Of a stretch of DNA of 64,000 bases, positions 52,601 through 64,000 are shown one piece after another (positions within the stretch are counted from its first letter, which is position 1; every line of letters begins with the position of its first letter). The position numbers were made by a program, and so were the translations under genes. Origin of the DNA: Octopus sinensis (Eukaryota); the NCBI RefSeq assembly GCF_006345805.1, contig NC_043009.1, positions 23,870,001 to 23,934,000 of the forward strand, read 5' to 3'. The notes below the pieces were generated by a model. That model made no database searches, was not told the DNA's origin, and saw only the letters and a program-made list of their open reading frames with translations.

Positions 52601-53202
52601 CCCCCAGCCGAACCCACACCCCACTTGGGCTTTCCCCACTCTCGCCCACCTCCTTACCACATCACTCCACACTACACTACACCATACAACTTTACACATC
52701 ACATCACAACACCCCCACAGCACACCGCCCACACACCCATCCCCACATCTTTACACCTACACATACATACACATATCACATCACAACACAACACCCACAC
52801 ACCCATCCCCACATCTCCACACCCACACATACATACATACATACACACGTCCCGACCACCAGCCCTCTTTCACACGCAAATACATACTCTCTTATACACA
52901 CACGCACCTTTATGTTGGGGGCACCTTCGTTTTGGAAGTCACTTGACCCTGTTATCTCCCCTACTGTCTCTCTAGTGTCTGACCTCTGACCTCTGCCCGA
53001 AGTCAGAACACAATGATAGATCGTTAGCTCCTACACGCATTTTTTCTCTCCTTGTTTCTCTCCTTGTTTGTTTTCTGTGTATCATTCTGTCGAAGAGCGT
53101 AGGCTCGAAACGTAAAATCTTGTTCTATTTCTATTCCTGAGCGCCATACTAATACATTTGTTTGTACTCCACCTGCCTTCGTCTTTTGTTTATTTTCGTA
53201 AA
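49648..53202 (+). mobile_element. Penelope-like element (Neptune-type RT, family P2) with direct terminal repeats; no GIY-YIG visible
   Basis: IPKGF N-terminal motif, KPADKGGAVVV, RPIVS, TMDI.SLY, GVAMGTRMGPNYANLFVG; 49648-49730 repeated at 53125-53202. Confidence 0.88.
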
Positions 53203-53206
53203 ATAC

Positions 53207-53262
<56 letters not shown>

Positions 53263-53269
53263 TGAGAGA

Positions 53270-53440
53270 GAAAGTTGGGGCGAAAGAGTACAACAGGGGT
53301 CGCCACCACCTCCTGCCGGAGCTTCGTGGGGCTTTTAGGTGTTTTCGCGCAATAAACACATACAACACCCGGTCTGGGAATCGAAACCGGGATCCTCCGA
53401 CTGTGAGTCCGCTGCCCTAACCACTGGGCCATAGTGCCTC
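53270..53440 (-). mobile_element. SINE family 3, 5' part
   Basis: A box TGGCCCAGTGG, B box GGTTTCGATTCC. Confidence 0.85.
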
Positions 53441-53508
53441 CACTCTCATCCTAATCGACTTACACACTGTCCTCGAACTTGCAGCTCTTGTGCCAAAATT
53501 TGAAATCA

Positions 53509-53539
<31 letters not shown>

Positions 53540-53681
53540 TGTATGTATGTATGTATGTATGTATGTATGTATGTATGTATATATGTATGTGTGCGTACGT
53601 ATGTATGTATGTATGTATGTATGTATATATGTATGTGTGCGTATGTATGTATGAATGCATGTATGGATAGATGGGTGGATA

Positions 53682-54238
53682 TATTGGGTTGTCCGGAAAG
53701 TTTGTGCCGATTTATAGTAGCTTATCTTTTGACTCAATTTAGAACATGCTTGAGTCCATAAAATAGGATTTGACTACGCCTCCATTTAGAGCACAGTTTA
53801 AGCTATCTTTTTGTGGAAGAAGGTTTACGTTCCTATAATCTGTATTAATTCTGTAACCCTTTAAAATGGAAGATAAAGTTTATTTTCGGCACTTGATGCT
53901 TTGGGAACCAGACAAAAATTGCTGCAGCTCGGTTGGGATGTGTTACCCCACCCTCCATATTCACCAGATATTGCTCCTTCGGATTTCCACTTCTGACGAA
54001 TAGTCTTAATGGCAAAAAATTCAATTCCTTGGATGACGTAAAAAGGTACCTTGATGAATTCTTTGCCATGAAACCACCTCAATTCTGGGAAGAGGGTATT
54101 TTCAAGTTAAAGGAAAGATGGAGACACATTGTGCAACAAAATGGTTCATATTTGTTTGATTAAAAATGTAATGGCAAGTATTTATTGACCTTTTTCTTTC
54201 CTTTAAAAATCGACACGAACACCCCGGACAACCCAATA
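53682..54238 (+). mobile_element. Internally deleted mariner with both TIRs
   Basis: TATTGGGTTGTCCGG...GATTT TIRs at both ends, TA flanks; HPPYSPDIAPSDFH motif. Confidence 0.9.
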
Positions 54239-54331
54239 TACATTCATGTATATATGTATGTATGCAGGTATGTATGTATCTATACGAGCATGTTTGTGTG
54301 ACGGTGAGAATATATGTGTGTGTGTGTGTGC

Positions 54332-54440
<109 letters not shown>

Positions 54441-54455
54441 GAGAGAGCAGAGAGA

Positions 54456-54518
<63 letters not shown>

Positions 54519-54964
54519 GGAGAGAGAGAGAGAGAGAGAGAGAGTGAGAGAGAGAGAATTTTGCTTACATGTTTCGTACATGCGAAGAAACAAATCAAGT
54601 CCAGGATACGAAGAGAAAACTATTTGAGTTTAGGATGGGTTTCCCATGTTTAGGTATCACATTTCCTCAAGTAGTAACTACTTGAAAACCTATCATAAAG
54701 GATCCGAATAACAAAATGCTTTGTGACTCTTAACGTTGAGAGCTGAATTACCGCCGAGGTCAATTTTGCCTTTCATTCTTTTGGGGTCGATAAAATAAAG
54801 TATGAGCCAAGCATTTAAATCGATTACTTTTATTTAAGCTTTCCTCTCAAATGTTACTGACCTTGAAAACTGCGACGCAAATATGCCACTTGCAGGAAAA
54901 TGTTGCGATCACGGTGTTTTACTCCATGAAAGTCGGGTAACACTCTTTATAATTCCAGGTCTCT

Positions 54965-55012
<48 letters not shown>

Positions 55013-55062
55013 TATCCATACATACATACATACATACATACATACATACATACATACATACA

Positions 55063-55096
<34 letters not shown>

Positions 55097-55230
55097 ATAT
55101 AGATAGATATATATATATAAAGAAATTTTGTAAAAGTTCCTACCGATAATGGTTATATTTCCATACCGAAACTACTCGGTAATAATTGTTAATTTTTTAA
55201 AATTAATAATCATTTGCCCTAATATATATA

Positions 55231-55274
<44 letters not shown>

Positions 55275-55276
55275 TA

Positions 55277-55830
55277 TTTATTGGGTCATTCCGAAAATAA
55301 TGCGTTTTACAGTTTTATACTTTTTCATATTTTATTTTTCAAAGTCAAGATAAGCAAAGTTCTTTTTTATTCTAAAATATGCACTCTTTCATTTTCCACA
55401 ATGCTCTTCCTTCTCTCTGGTAGACTTGCAAAGCTCTTCTTCCAAAAGTTCACTTGTCCGTACCGAAAAATATTTCTTCAGTGCTGTTCTGACTTCGTCT
55501 ACAGAATTCATATTGTCCCCTCCAAATGATTTTGAAGACTGTAGAATATATGATAATCAGATGGGGCAATGTCCTGCGAATATGGTGGGTGGGGCACCGT
55601 TTCCCATTGAAATTGCTCCATGTGGCCGAGCATTATCCTGATGGAAAAACACCCACCGTCTTCAAAGCAAGAATGGCAGCCTTTCTTCTATCCCTGCCGC
55701 TCAAACTACTCGCAGTACTCAAACTACTCTTTTGTTATCGTTTGGTCTGCGTTTAAAAGTTCAAAGTAGACTAAACCTTTCAAATCCCACCAAACATAAC
55801 AACACCTTACGTGGGTGAAGATAGTCTTTA
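55277..55830 (-). mobile_element. Mariner 3' fragment with TIR
   Basis: WWDLKG..YFELL and HPPYSQDIAPSDYH motifs; ATTGGGTCATTCCG terminal. Confidence 0.8.
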
Positions 55831-56530
55831 GCCAAGTGTGAAGCTGTGAGAGCAGATGAATGGAGGCATAATGTCGCCATCTCTAGTGATCACTCCAAAT
55901 GCCATGATGTCTCCTAAATGTTTGAATTTATAACACTCGGTACATATTTTGGAGACACGACAAGACAACAGTTGTTCTATGTGTTCACCATCTGATCCTG
56001 GCAAAGTTTTCCTCGTCTCAGAAAACCCATGCATATTCAGATGAAGGTGATGCGTGCGTTTATTCAAAACTTCGTAGCACGGTCTTTCCTCTTGTCGCTT
56101 ATTGCTTGTGATAGAAATTGACCCATTCTCAGCTAGTATAAGGAATACTGAATATTTTCATGCACTACCAGCCTGATAAGAAGCTCAGGCACTCCCATAC
56201 CCCTGGTGATGGACCTGATTAACTTGGAAGAATCGTTGTCAGTTATGTCCTGGATATCACCAATATTTTCAGGAGTCCTTTTCTTATCAGAACGATTAGA
56301 GTGAATTTTCCGAGCTGCCGTAAATTCGAAATTACAAATAAGCACACCCAACTCTTTCCGTGTCTTCTGCACTGTCCTCAGATTGCTATCCAAATACGCT
56401 GAAATGTTCGTATTAGCGTTTCCGATGTGAATAGCAAGCACTACAGCACGTCGTTTCCAAATTACTGGTAGAGTGAATTGTGTCATGGGGCTGTTTTTCT
56501 CACAGACGGTTCCCAACTGACACTACTATA
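55830..56530 (-). mobile_element. Tc1/maT-like transposase fragment
   Basis: IMAFGVITRDGDIMPPFI motif and N-terminal HTH-like region (ORFs 55828-56067, 56133-56516). Confidence 0.7.
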
Positions 56531-56550
56531 CTGTGTAGTCGACAAAATTA

Positions 56551-56596
<46 letters not shown>

Positions 56597-56670
56597 TAAG
56601 GGTAGAAATCAATATTTATCAATTAAAACCAGTGGTCTAACATATTAAAAAATCCGAAGGTTAAATATTA

Positions 56671-56815
56671 TATATACCAATTAAGGACTGAACACGAAAA
56701 AGTGGACAGTCAACATGCTAGATATAGACGTCAAATCGTCATGTGGAGAATGGCGATTTGACGTCTATATCTAGCATGTTGACTGTCCACTTTTTCGTGT
56801 TCAGTCCTTAATGGG

Positions 56816-56820
<5 letters not shown>
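56671..56820. repeat. Near-perfect hairpin: ~70-bp arms, 7-nt loop
   Basis: 56680-56742 pairs with 56750-56812 with one mismatch (G:U in RNA); loop GTGGAGA. Confidence 0.95.
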
Positions 56821-56852
<32 letters not shown>

Positions 56853-56989
56853 CTGTGTGTGGATAAATCAAAACCGAATATATATATATATATATGTATC
56901 TATATATATTGATATATATATATATATATAGATATATATAATATATATATATTATTATATTATATAATATTATATATATATATATATAT

Positions 56990-58836
56990 ATAGCGAGAGA
57001 TTTACGAAAAGAACAAAAGACGAAGACAAGTGGAGTACAAAACAAACAGATGTATTAGTATAACGCTCAGGAATAGAAAAAGTATTTTACGTTTCGAGCC
57101 TACGCTCTTCTATGGAAAGGGACAGAGAAAAAAAACGAGGAGAGAAACAAGGAGAGAAAAAATGTGTATAGTAGCTAACGATCTATCATGGCGACTGACT
57201 TCGGACAGAAGGGTCACACTCGAGAGCGAAGAAGTAGGAGAGATAACAAAGTAAAGATGACACCCAACACAAAGGTGCGTGTGTGTATAAGAGAGTAGTG
57301 TGCCTGTATGTATGTGTAGGTGTGAAAATGTGGGGATGGGAATTGGTCAGTGCTAGTGTGTGGGTGGTGTGTCGTGATGTGATGTGTAATGTTGTATGGT
57401 GTGGTGGCGAGCTGGCAAAAACGGTAGCACGCCGGGCGAAATGCGTAGCCGTATTTCGTCTGCCGTTACGTTCTGAGTTCAAATTCAGCCGAGGTCGACT
57501 TTGCCTTTCATCCTTTCGGGGTCGATTAAATAAGTACCAGTTATGCACTGGGGTCGATATAATCGACTTAATCCTTTTGTCTGTCCCTGTTTGTCCCCTC
57601 TGTGTTTAGCCCCTTGTGGGTAGTAAAGAAATAGTGGTGTGATGTTGTTGGGAGGTGGTGGGAGGCGAGAGTGGGGAAATCACGGGTGGTGTGTGTGTTC
57701 GGCTGAGGGTTGGAGTAGAGTTGGGATATGTGGGTAGGCAGAGGGTGAGGGTAGAGGTGGGGTATGTGGGAGAGGGTGTGAGGGATAGGATGGAGTATGG
57801 ATTGGGGGATGGGATGGGGAGATGGGAAGGATAGGGATGGTGGAGTAGGAATGTGTAGGGGTGGGTGGGCTTATGGGGAGGGTTGATAATGAAGGGAGAA
57901 GGGGAAGGTGGGTATGTGAGGAGAGAGATGAAGAGAGAAGAGAGAAAGAGAGGGTGAAAAAATAAGAGAGAAGAGAGAAAGAGAGTAAGAGAAGAGAGAG
58001 AAAGAAAGAAGAGAAAAAGACAGTAAGAGAGAAGAGGGAAAGGGAGTAGGGGTGAAGAGAAGTAGAAGTGAAGAGAAGTAGGAGTGAAGAGAAGTAAAAA
58101 TCGGGACAAGAGAGGAAAGTTGTGTGGGAGGAAGTAGGAGGGAGGGGAAGAGAGGAAAGGGGAGGAGGTTAGATGAAGAGGGGAGGAGAGTTGAGCCCAA
58201 ATGGCGTAAACGAGCGAAGAGAGAAGATTAATCCCTGTTTGAAGGAGGCGAGGAGTCGGTTAGGGAAGATGTGTGAAGTGGACGGGTCGGACTGGAGATG
58301 GCGGAAAGCTCGGAGAATGGTGCGTTGGAGAGGTAGGGTGGTGGGGTCGTAGGTGAGGGGAAAAAGGAGGCGGGAGACTGCAGGGCGGGTTCGGGGGGAG
58401 AGAGAGCAGATGCACGGTCTACAGAACTTGCTCTGGCAAGGGCGGTGTGGACAGTGGTGAGGGGATATCCACGTAGGATGAAGTGGCGAGCCATGAGTTG
58501 AGACTGAGTCTCAAAGTCATGGTCATCACTACAGAGCCTACGTAGACGGAGGAATTGGGAATAGGGGATGGAAAGCTTGGTGTGTTTGGGGTGGGAGGAA
58601 GAGAAGTTGAGGTATGAGTGTGAGTCTGTGTGTTTGTAGTGGATGGATGTGGTAAGAGTGGAGTGATGAATGCTGACCGAAATGTCAAGAAAGGAGACAG
58701 AGGTGCAGTAGAAGTGAAGGGCAGGATGGAAAGATTTGACAAAAGAGAGGAAGGAGTCTAGATGTTTGCGGGAGAGCGAGGTGGCACCGATACAGTCGTC
58801 AATATAACGGCCCTATAGTTCGGGAGTGGGACCAAT

Positions 58837-58845
<9 letters not shown>
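56990..58845 (-). mobile_element. Penelope-like family P2, 5'-truncated copy (RT C-terminus, pyrimidine-rich tail, terminal repeat), with nested SINE
   Basis: SFLDISV, IPYSQFLR, RGYP motifs; tail colinear with 52260-53200. Confidence 0.85.
57403..57635 (+). mobile_element. SINE family 1, young copy
   Basis: Near-identical to 34204-34425 and 31314-31545. Confidence 0.9.
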
Positions 58846-58875
<30 letters not shown>

Positions 58876-58929
58876 TGTATACCTAACAGTCCCATACAGT
58901 TAACTGTGTATGTATATATACATAAATGC

Positions 58930-59154
58930 ATGCATGTGTGGTAAGTAGCTTGCTTACCGACGACAGGGTTCCGGGTTCAGTCCCACTGCGTGGCACCCTA
59001 GGCAGGTATTTCTACTGTAGACTCGGACCGTCCAAAGCCTTATGAGTTTATTTGGTAGACGGAAACTGCAAGACGCCCGTCTTACACACATTTATATATA
59101 TATATATATATAGACGATGCTTCAGCATGGCTGCAGTCAACTGACACAAGTAAA

Positions 59155-59160
<6 letters not shown>
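58930..59160 (+). mobile_element. SINE family 2, internally deleted
   Basis: tggtaagtagcttgcttaccga head and tgac..aagtaaaag tail. Confidence 0.8.
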
Positions 59161-59197
<37 letters not shown>

Positions 59198-59924
59198 TAT
59201 ATATACACACACACACATATATATGTATATATATATATATATGTATAAGGGTGGAAAGGAACACACGAGTTGATATATATGAAAAAACAAGTCAAAAATA
59301 GAAAATGCTAAGATGATTTTATAGTGAATCTTTCAGTACCGGTTTCGGTCATTTTGAGACCTTTTCAACTGTAACGATTAAATAATTAAATTTTGAAAAA
59401 TTTAGAAAAATTAGAAGAAAGGTTTTTTTAAAGGAATACTTCCATAGTAGTGTTCAGATATATGTGGCATTCTGCCTTTCTCTGACTCCCTTGTTTGCAC
59501 TTGTGTATTCGAGGTCGTTGTGAGTTCTTGAGGTGGTGGGAGTGGGAAAATCTGGGCTGGTCAGTGGCGACCGGCAGTCGCTGCGTAGGCGTTATACTTT
59601 AAGACATTAGTGGGGGTAGAAGGTGGAGAAGTAGAAGAAGAAGAAGAAGATGACGGTGCCGATGATGATGACGATGAAGAAGAAGAAGGAGAAGGAGAAG
59701 ATGACGATGATGATGGTGGTGATGACGATGACGACGATGATGATGATAACGATGATGATGAAGAAGGAGAAGAAGAGGGAGAAGAAGAAAAAAAACAGAG
59801 AAGGGAGAATATGAATGGGTGAAGATATAGCTGTTTTGGGGCGATTAGTAATGGATTCTATGGAATGTAGTATTTGTGTGTGTATATATATTTCTTTTAT
59901 TCTTAAGTTGAGCTATATTAATTG

Positions 59925-62105
59925 TTTGTCGTAGACCCGTTAAGAAGTGGCCTGTATTTTATAATAAAGAGATTTTCTTTACTTATTCGTTGTCTCGAGG
60001 TTGTATCGTCCCTAAATTGGTAGAGGGGAAAATTCTGAAGTTTGGTGTTTTTTTGTTGGCGCAAGTATCTATGTGTTGGCTAAAAGCTATTTTTCTGTTT
60101 TGGGGAATTTTTATCTGGGATCTGTGCAGGGCCATTCGTTTACGCAAACCATTTTTTGTTTGGCCTATGTACTGCTCTTGACACCCGGAGCAGGTTAGTG
60201 AGTATATTAGGTTCTCCGAAGCACATGTGAAGTTGCTTTTCACTGTAAACCGTTGTCCCTGTTTGAAGGAGAACTCAGAACCCTCGATTAGATAGTCGCA
60301 TATCCCGCAATTGGGTCTTCCACATTTTTTTACTGTCGGCTTCTGTGTTGAAGAGTGAATTCGGGCTTGTGTTAGAAGACTTTTCATGGATCTAGGCTGT
60401 CTTTTGCTTTTTATGATCGTGTGTGTTTGGAGGATTGTGTTCATTCTGTGGTCTTTTTTAGGAGGGGTATGTTGTGGAGAATGGTGCCGAAGGCTTCGTT
60501 ATTGAGAGGGTTGTGTGTGGAGATGTATGGTAAGGCTTTTGGTTGTAAGTTTTTCTTTGATTTGGGATGTCTCAGTTCCTTGATGTTAAGTTGAAGGGCA
60601 CGTTGAATGCACTTGTCAATAAGTGAAGGTGGATAGTTCCTGGTGATAAGGGTATCTTTTAGTTCTTGTAGTCGTGTGTCTCTGGTGTTTGCGTTAGAGA
60701 CTATAGTGCATATCCTTTTTGCTAGATTGAAGGGGATATTCATCCTAGTGTGTCTGGGGTGGCATGAATTGAATGGAAGATATTGCTTAGAGTCTGTAGG
60801 TTTATAGTATATGTCTGTTTCTATTATATTATTAGCTTTCTTAATGAGGATATCGAGGAAGGGAAGTTGTTGCTGGCTATATTCCATCGTGAATTGGATG
60901 TTTACGTCCAGCCCGTTTAAAATTTCCTGGAATTCTATGAGTTTTTCTATATTTTTATGCCAAAGAATGAAACAGTCATCTAGGTATCTCTTCCAGTTGT
61001 TTTCTATGTAGATGGAGAAAGGGCTGCCATATCTTTCTAGAACCTTACGATATAGACTGATCTCTAGGTATCCTATGACTAGGTTGTCAAAGGAGGGGGC
61101 CATTCGTGTACCCATCGCAGTCCCCGATTTTTGTCGGTAGAAGTTGTCATTGAAGGCGAAGAAGTTATTTTCCAGGATGAATTTAACCCCTTCTATCACG
61201 AATTCTTTTTTGATGCGGTGTGGTAGTTCGTTGGCGTGATTCTCTAGCCAGAATTGGATTGCCTCTAGTCCTAGGTTGTGGGGGATATTGGAGTAGAGGT
61301 TGACTACATCGAAGGATACCAGTATGGTGTTTTGGTTTATAGTATTCGGTAGGTGATTGAGCATATCTAAGTCGTCCCTTATATAGCTTTTGACATGTTT
61401 GAGGAGTGGTTTTAACAGGGTGTCTAAAAAGTTACTGAGGCGGTGGGTTTCGCATGCGGGACCTGCTATTATGGGTCTCAATTTGAGGTCATTAGGATTA
61501 GGGACTTTAATTATTTTGTCTGTGGCTATCTTGCATGCGTTGCTTATTTTTTCACTTTTGTGGATCTTAGGTATACCGTAGAATTGGCTAGTTTTACTTG
61601 TGAAATTGGTCATATAATCATATTCTTTGTCGGTGAGCCCTGCTTTGTATGGGTTAAATATGGATTTTAGTTCCCTCATTATTTTTTGTTGACTGTAGTT
61701 TTGTGCCTTTTCATAGTATGTTGTGTCTTCCAGCATAGAAAGAACCAAGGTTATGTAAAAAGTCGTATCCATTAAGACAACAGCACTCCCTTTATCGGCC
61801 TCTTTGATTGTTATTGTTTTATCTTGTTTTAATTTGTTCAACTCAGCCCATTCTTTTTTGCTGAAGTTTGGTTTGTGTTTTTGTTTGTGCATATGTTGAT
61901 ATGGGTAATTAGATATGTGGTCACAGAAATCATCAAGTGTTTTGTTCTTACCTTTCGAGGGGGTGTAGTTACTCCTATTTCTGGCTAACGATTCGTCCTC
62001 GTTGTATTTATCGTATAGCTCCTCAGTAAGTCTTAATTTTCTGCAGAATTCTGCGATGTCTTCTTTCATTTCGTTGTAGTTGGGGTGTTGTGGGGTGGGT
62101 GTAAA
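59925..62105 (-). mobile_element. Young 5'-truncated Penelope-like element (Neptune-type RT + GIY-YIG endonuclease, family P1)
   Basis: 542-aa ORF with KEADKG, RPII, SFDVVNLY, GTAMGT, RYLDD; 153-aa ORF with CxxPxCxxC and LIYSLTC...YIGQT...R..LH; joined by 1-nt frameshifts. Confidence 0.93.
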
Positions 62106-62189
62106 CTAATCATTAATTAGTAACCTATCCTAAACTTGAATACAATAAACTGTTTGTTTTGACGTTCACTTCCTTATTGCTTTCTTTTA

Positions 62190-62244
62190 ATTGGCTCATC
62201 TTAGAAACAACAACTTATATCCTGATCATGGTGAATCTTATAAA
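62190..62244 (+). promoter_or_regulatory. Candidate core promoter of gene D: inverted CCAAT (ATTGG, ~62190) and TATAAA (62239-62244)
   Basis: Spacing of ~45 bp between boxes; 129 bp from TATA to ATG. Confidence 0.5.
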
Positions 62245-62367
62245 TACAGAAAATTCCGTCGGGTTGTTGTCAATTCACTTCCATTTTGCCGTAATTTCTT
62301 TCTCATTAGCGAACGATCTCGTGTCGAATTTTGAGCAGAGAAGAAAAAAATTAAGACCAACGCCATA

Positions 62368-62464
62368 ATGAAGATGAATACAGTCTTTTACTTAACCTTG
62401 ATAGCCCTGATGTTCGGTCTGGGGACATGTGCCGTGGTGAATATGGAGCCGAAGATGAATAAAG
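62368..62464 (+). CDS. Gene D exon 1: signal peptide MKMNTVFYLTLIALMFGLGTCAVVNMEPKMNK
   Basis: MK + hydrophobic core + small-residue cleavage region; canonical donor AAAG|gtaagc, phase 1; rest of gene presumably beyond the window. Confidence 0.78.
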
Positions 62465-63554
62465 GTAAGCACTCCTTTAGTCCAGTACAGTATAGATCAT
62501 ATACGATATATATATATATATATATGCACATATATGCACACACATACATATACATGTGTGTGCATGTATACATATACATACACAATTATATATACATACA
62601 CGTGTATACATACATAAACATGTGTGTATATATATAATCAAAATAAGCAACAAGAATGACTCCGGTAATTTGGTACGATCGTTTCGTACTACATCATTTT
62701 ATTAAATGTTGTAAGCATTACAACAGATTTAAAATGCTGAGCACTCATCAGCCAATTATAGAGGTTTTCCATTAATAAAAAAAATTTCATATCAAGTGGC
62801 AACATTATAGAGAAGGTAGATATATAGACAAAGATGTGGATTCAAATTTTATGAACATTTGAGGTAGTGGAGGCCATCAACTGACTGACTAAGATTCAGT
62901 TGTTCCAGACTACTGTAAGGTTCTGAGAGGGAAGGACAAATGAAAGGAGACAATAAAGATTTTCTAATTATAGGAATGGGGTAAAGGGGATGTCAGAGCT
63001 CCATATAAGGAATTTATGTAGAAAACAGCATTGTCACAACGATTTGATGAACAGATTCGGCGTTAGGAGAACTAGGTCAATGTCAAGTGGTCACAATAAC
63101 ATTCATAGAGAATGCAGAGACCGTACAAACCCTATGCACATCATCACAACAGTTGGTCAATAAGTTTCAAGTACTTTGACACGATAGAAAAAAGGAAAAA
63201 AAAATATAAATCTAAAATTTATTCAATTTGGAGAAAAAGACTATTACTTATTATGAGTAGGCGTAGTACATTTTAACTGGGGGAAAAGCCTTATTAATCA
63301 AGTGAACATATTAGGGGTCAAAATACATACTAATAAAAATGGAAGTCAGAAAATCAAAAAGGAAGATACTCATAGGTTTAGTAGAAGTTGATATTTTATA
63401 ATATGAAGAGAGGTAATTTAGAAGAGTAAATTATTCAAATTTCATGGATAGTGAGTTGATATTAATGAATTAAAATATAGGATCTGTTGGAAATAAAATT
63501 TACTACCTGCGGATAAAAGTTAATTAGTTAGGTAAAAATATCTCAGGTTAATTA

Positions 63555-63935
63555 TATATTAAGAAATGGGAGTGAAACAATCAAGATGAACTAAATAGTT
63601 TCCCTAAGGACATAGGATTAATACTACTTAGTACTGGAGAACATTATAAGAAAGAGGAATTTAATTCTAAGTTTGCAATGAAGTTTTTTAATCATCTATG
63701 AGTGTTAAACTAAAACCAGTATGGTATATTCGTTCCTATTTGGTTAAATATATTTTGTAAATATATCTTAGACTAATTATATATTAAGGAATGGAAGTGA
63801 GATAATCAAGGTGAACCGAGTAGTTTCTTTACGGACATAGGATTCATACTATTTAGTATTCCTACTATTTGGGATTCATACAGTTTAATTTTAGAAAAAA
63901 GAAGAATTCAATTTTAAGTTTGCAGTGAAGATTTT
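63555..63935. repeat. Diverged direct duplication (~130-150 bp, period ~230 bp)
   Basis: aatgg.agtga.a.aatcaag.tgaac...ggacataggatt.atact...aagtttgca.tgaag occurs twice. Confidence 0.7.
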
Positions 63936-64000
63936 ATTTTTATTAATGTTTATTTTTATGAAAAACCACACGGATTTTTATGGATAACACCATACAGAAT

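Overview
AT-rich, microsatellite-dense animal genomic DNA. The SINE/LINE repertoire points to an octopus-type coleoid cephalopod (inference). About half the window is transposon debris: R4/Dong-type LINEs sitting in (TAA)n tracts, one near-full-length RTE LINE, several Penelope-like elements, mariner/Tc1 remnants, a piggyBac-type MITE, hairpin MITEs and at least three tRNA-derived SINE families. Between these lie what appear to be four genes for secreted proteins. (A) A ~7.1-kb + strand terminal exon (4132-11236) encodes a short Cys-loop region followed by ~143 copies of a 16-aa unit (SDHGYYGGDDVERKVR) punctuated by RKVR convertase-type sites, i.e. a candidate giant peptide polyprotein. (B) A 3-exon - strand gene (30103->20118) encodes a 173-aa signal-peptide, 6-Cys glycoprotein with motifs resembling A. 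(C) A signal-peptide exon at 39648 has a next exon that appears to be hidden in the assembly gap at 42075-42174. (D) A TATA-preceded signal-peptide exon lies at 62368. No homologue could be recognised for any of the four. All gene models are hand-derived from splice signals and need transcript confirmation; TE boundaries are approximate.
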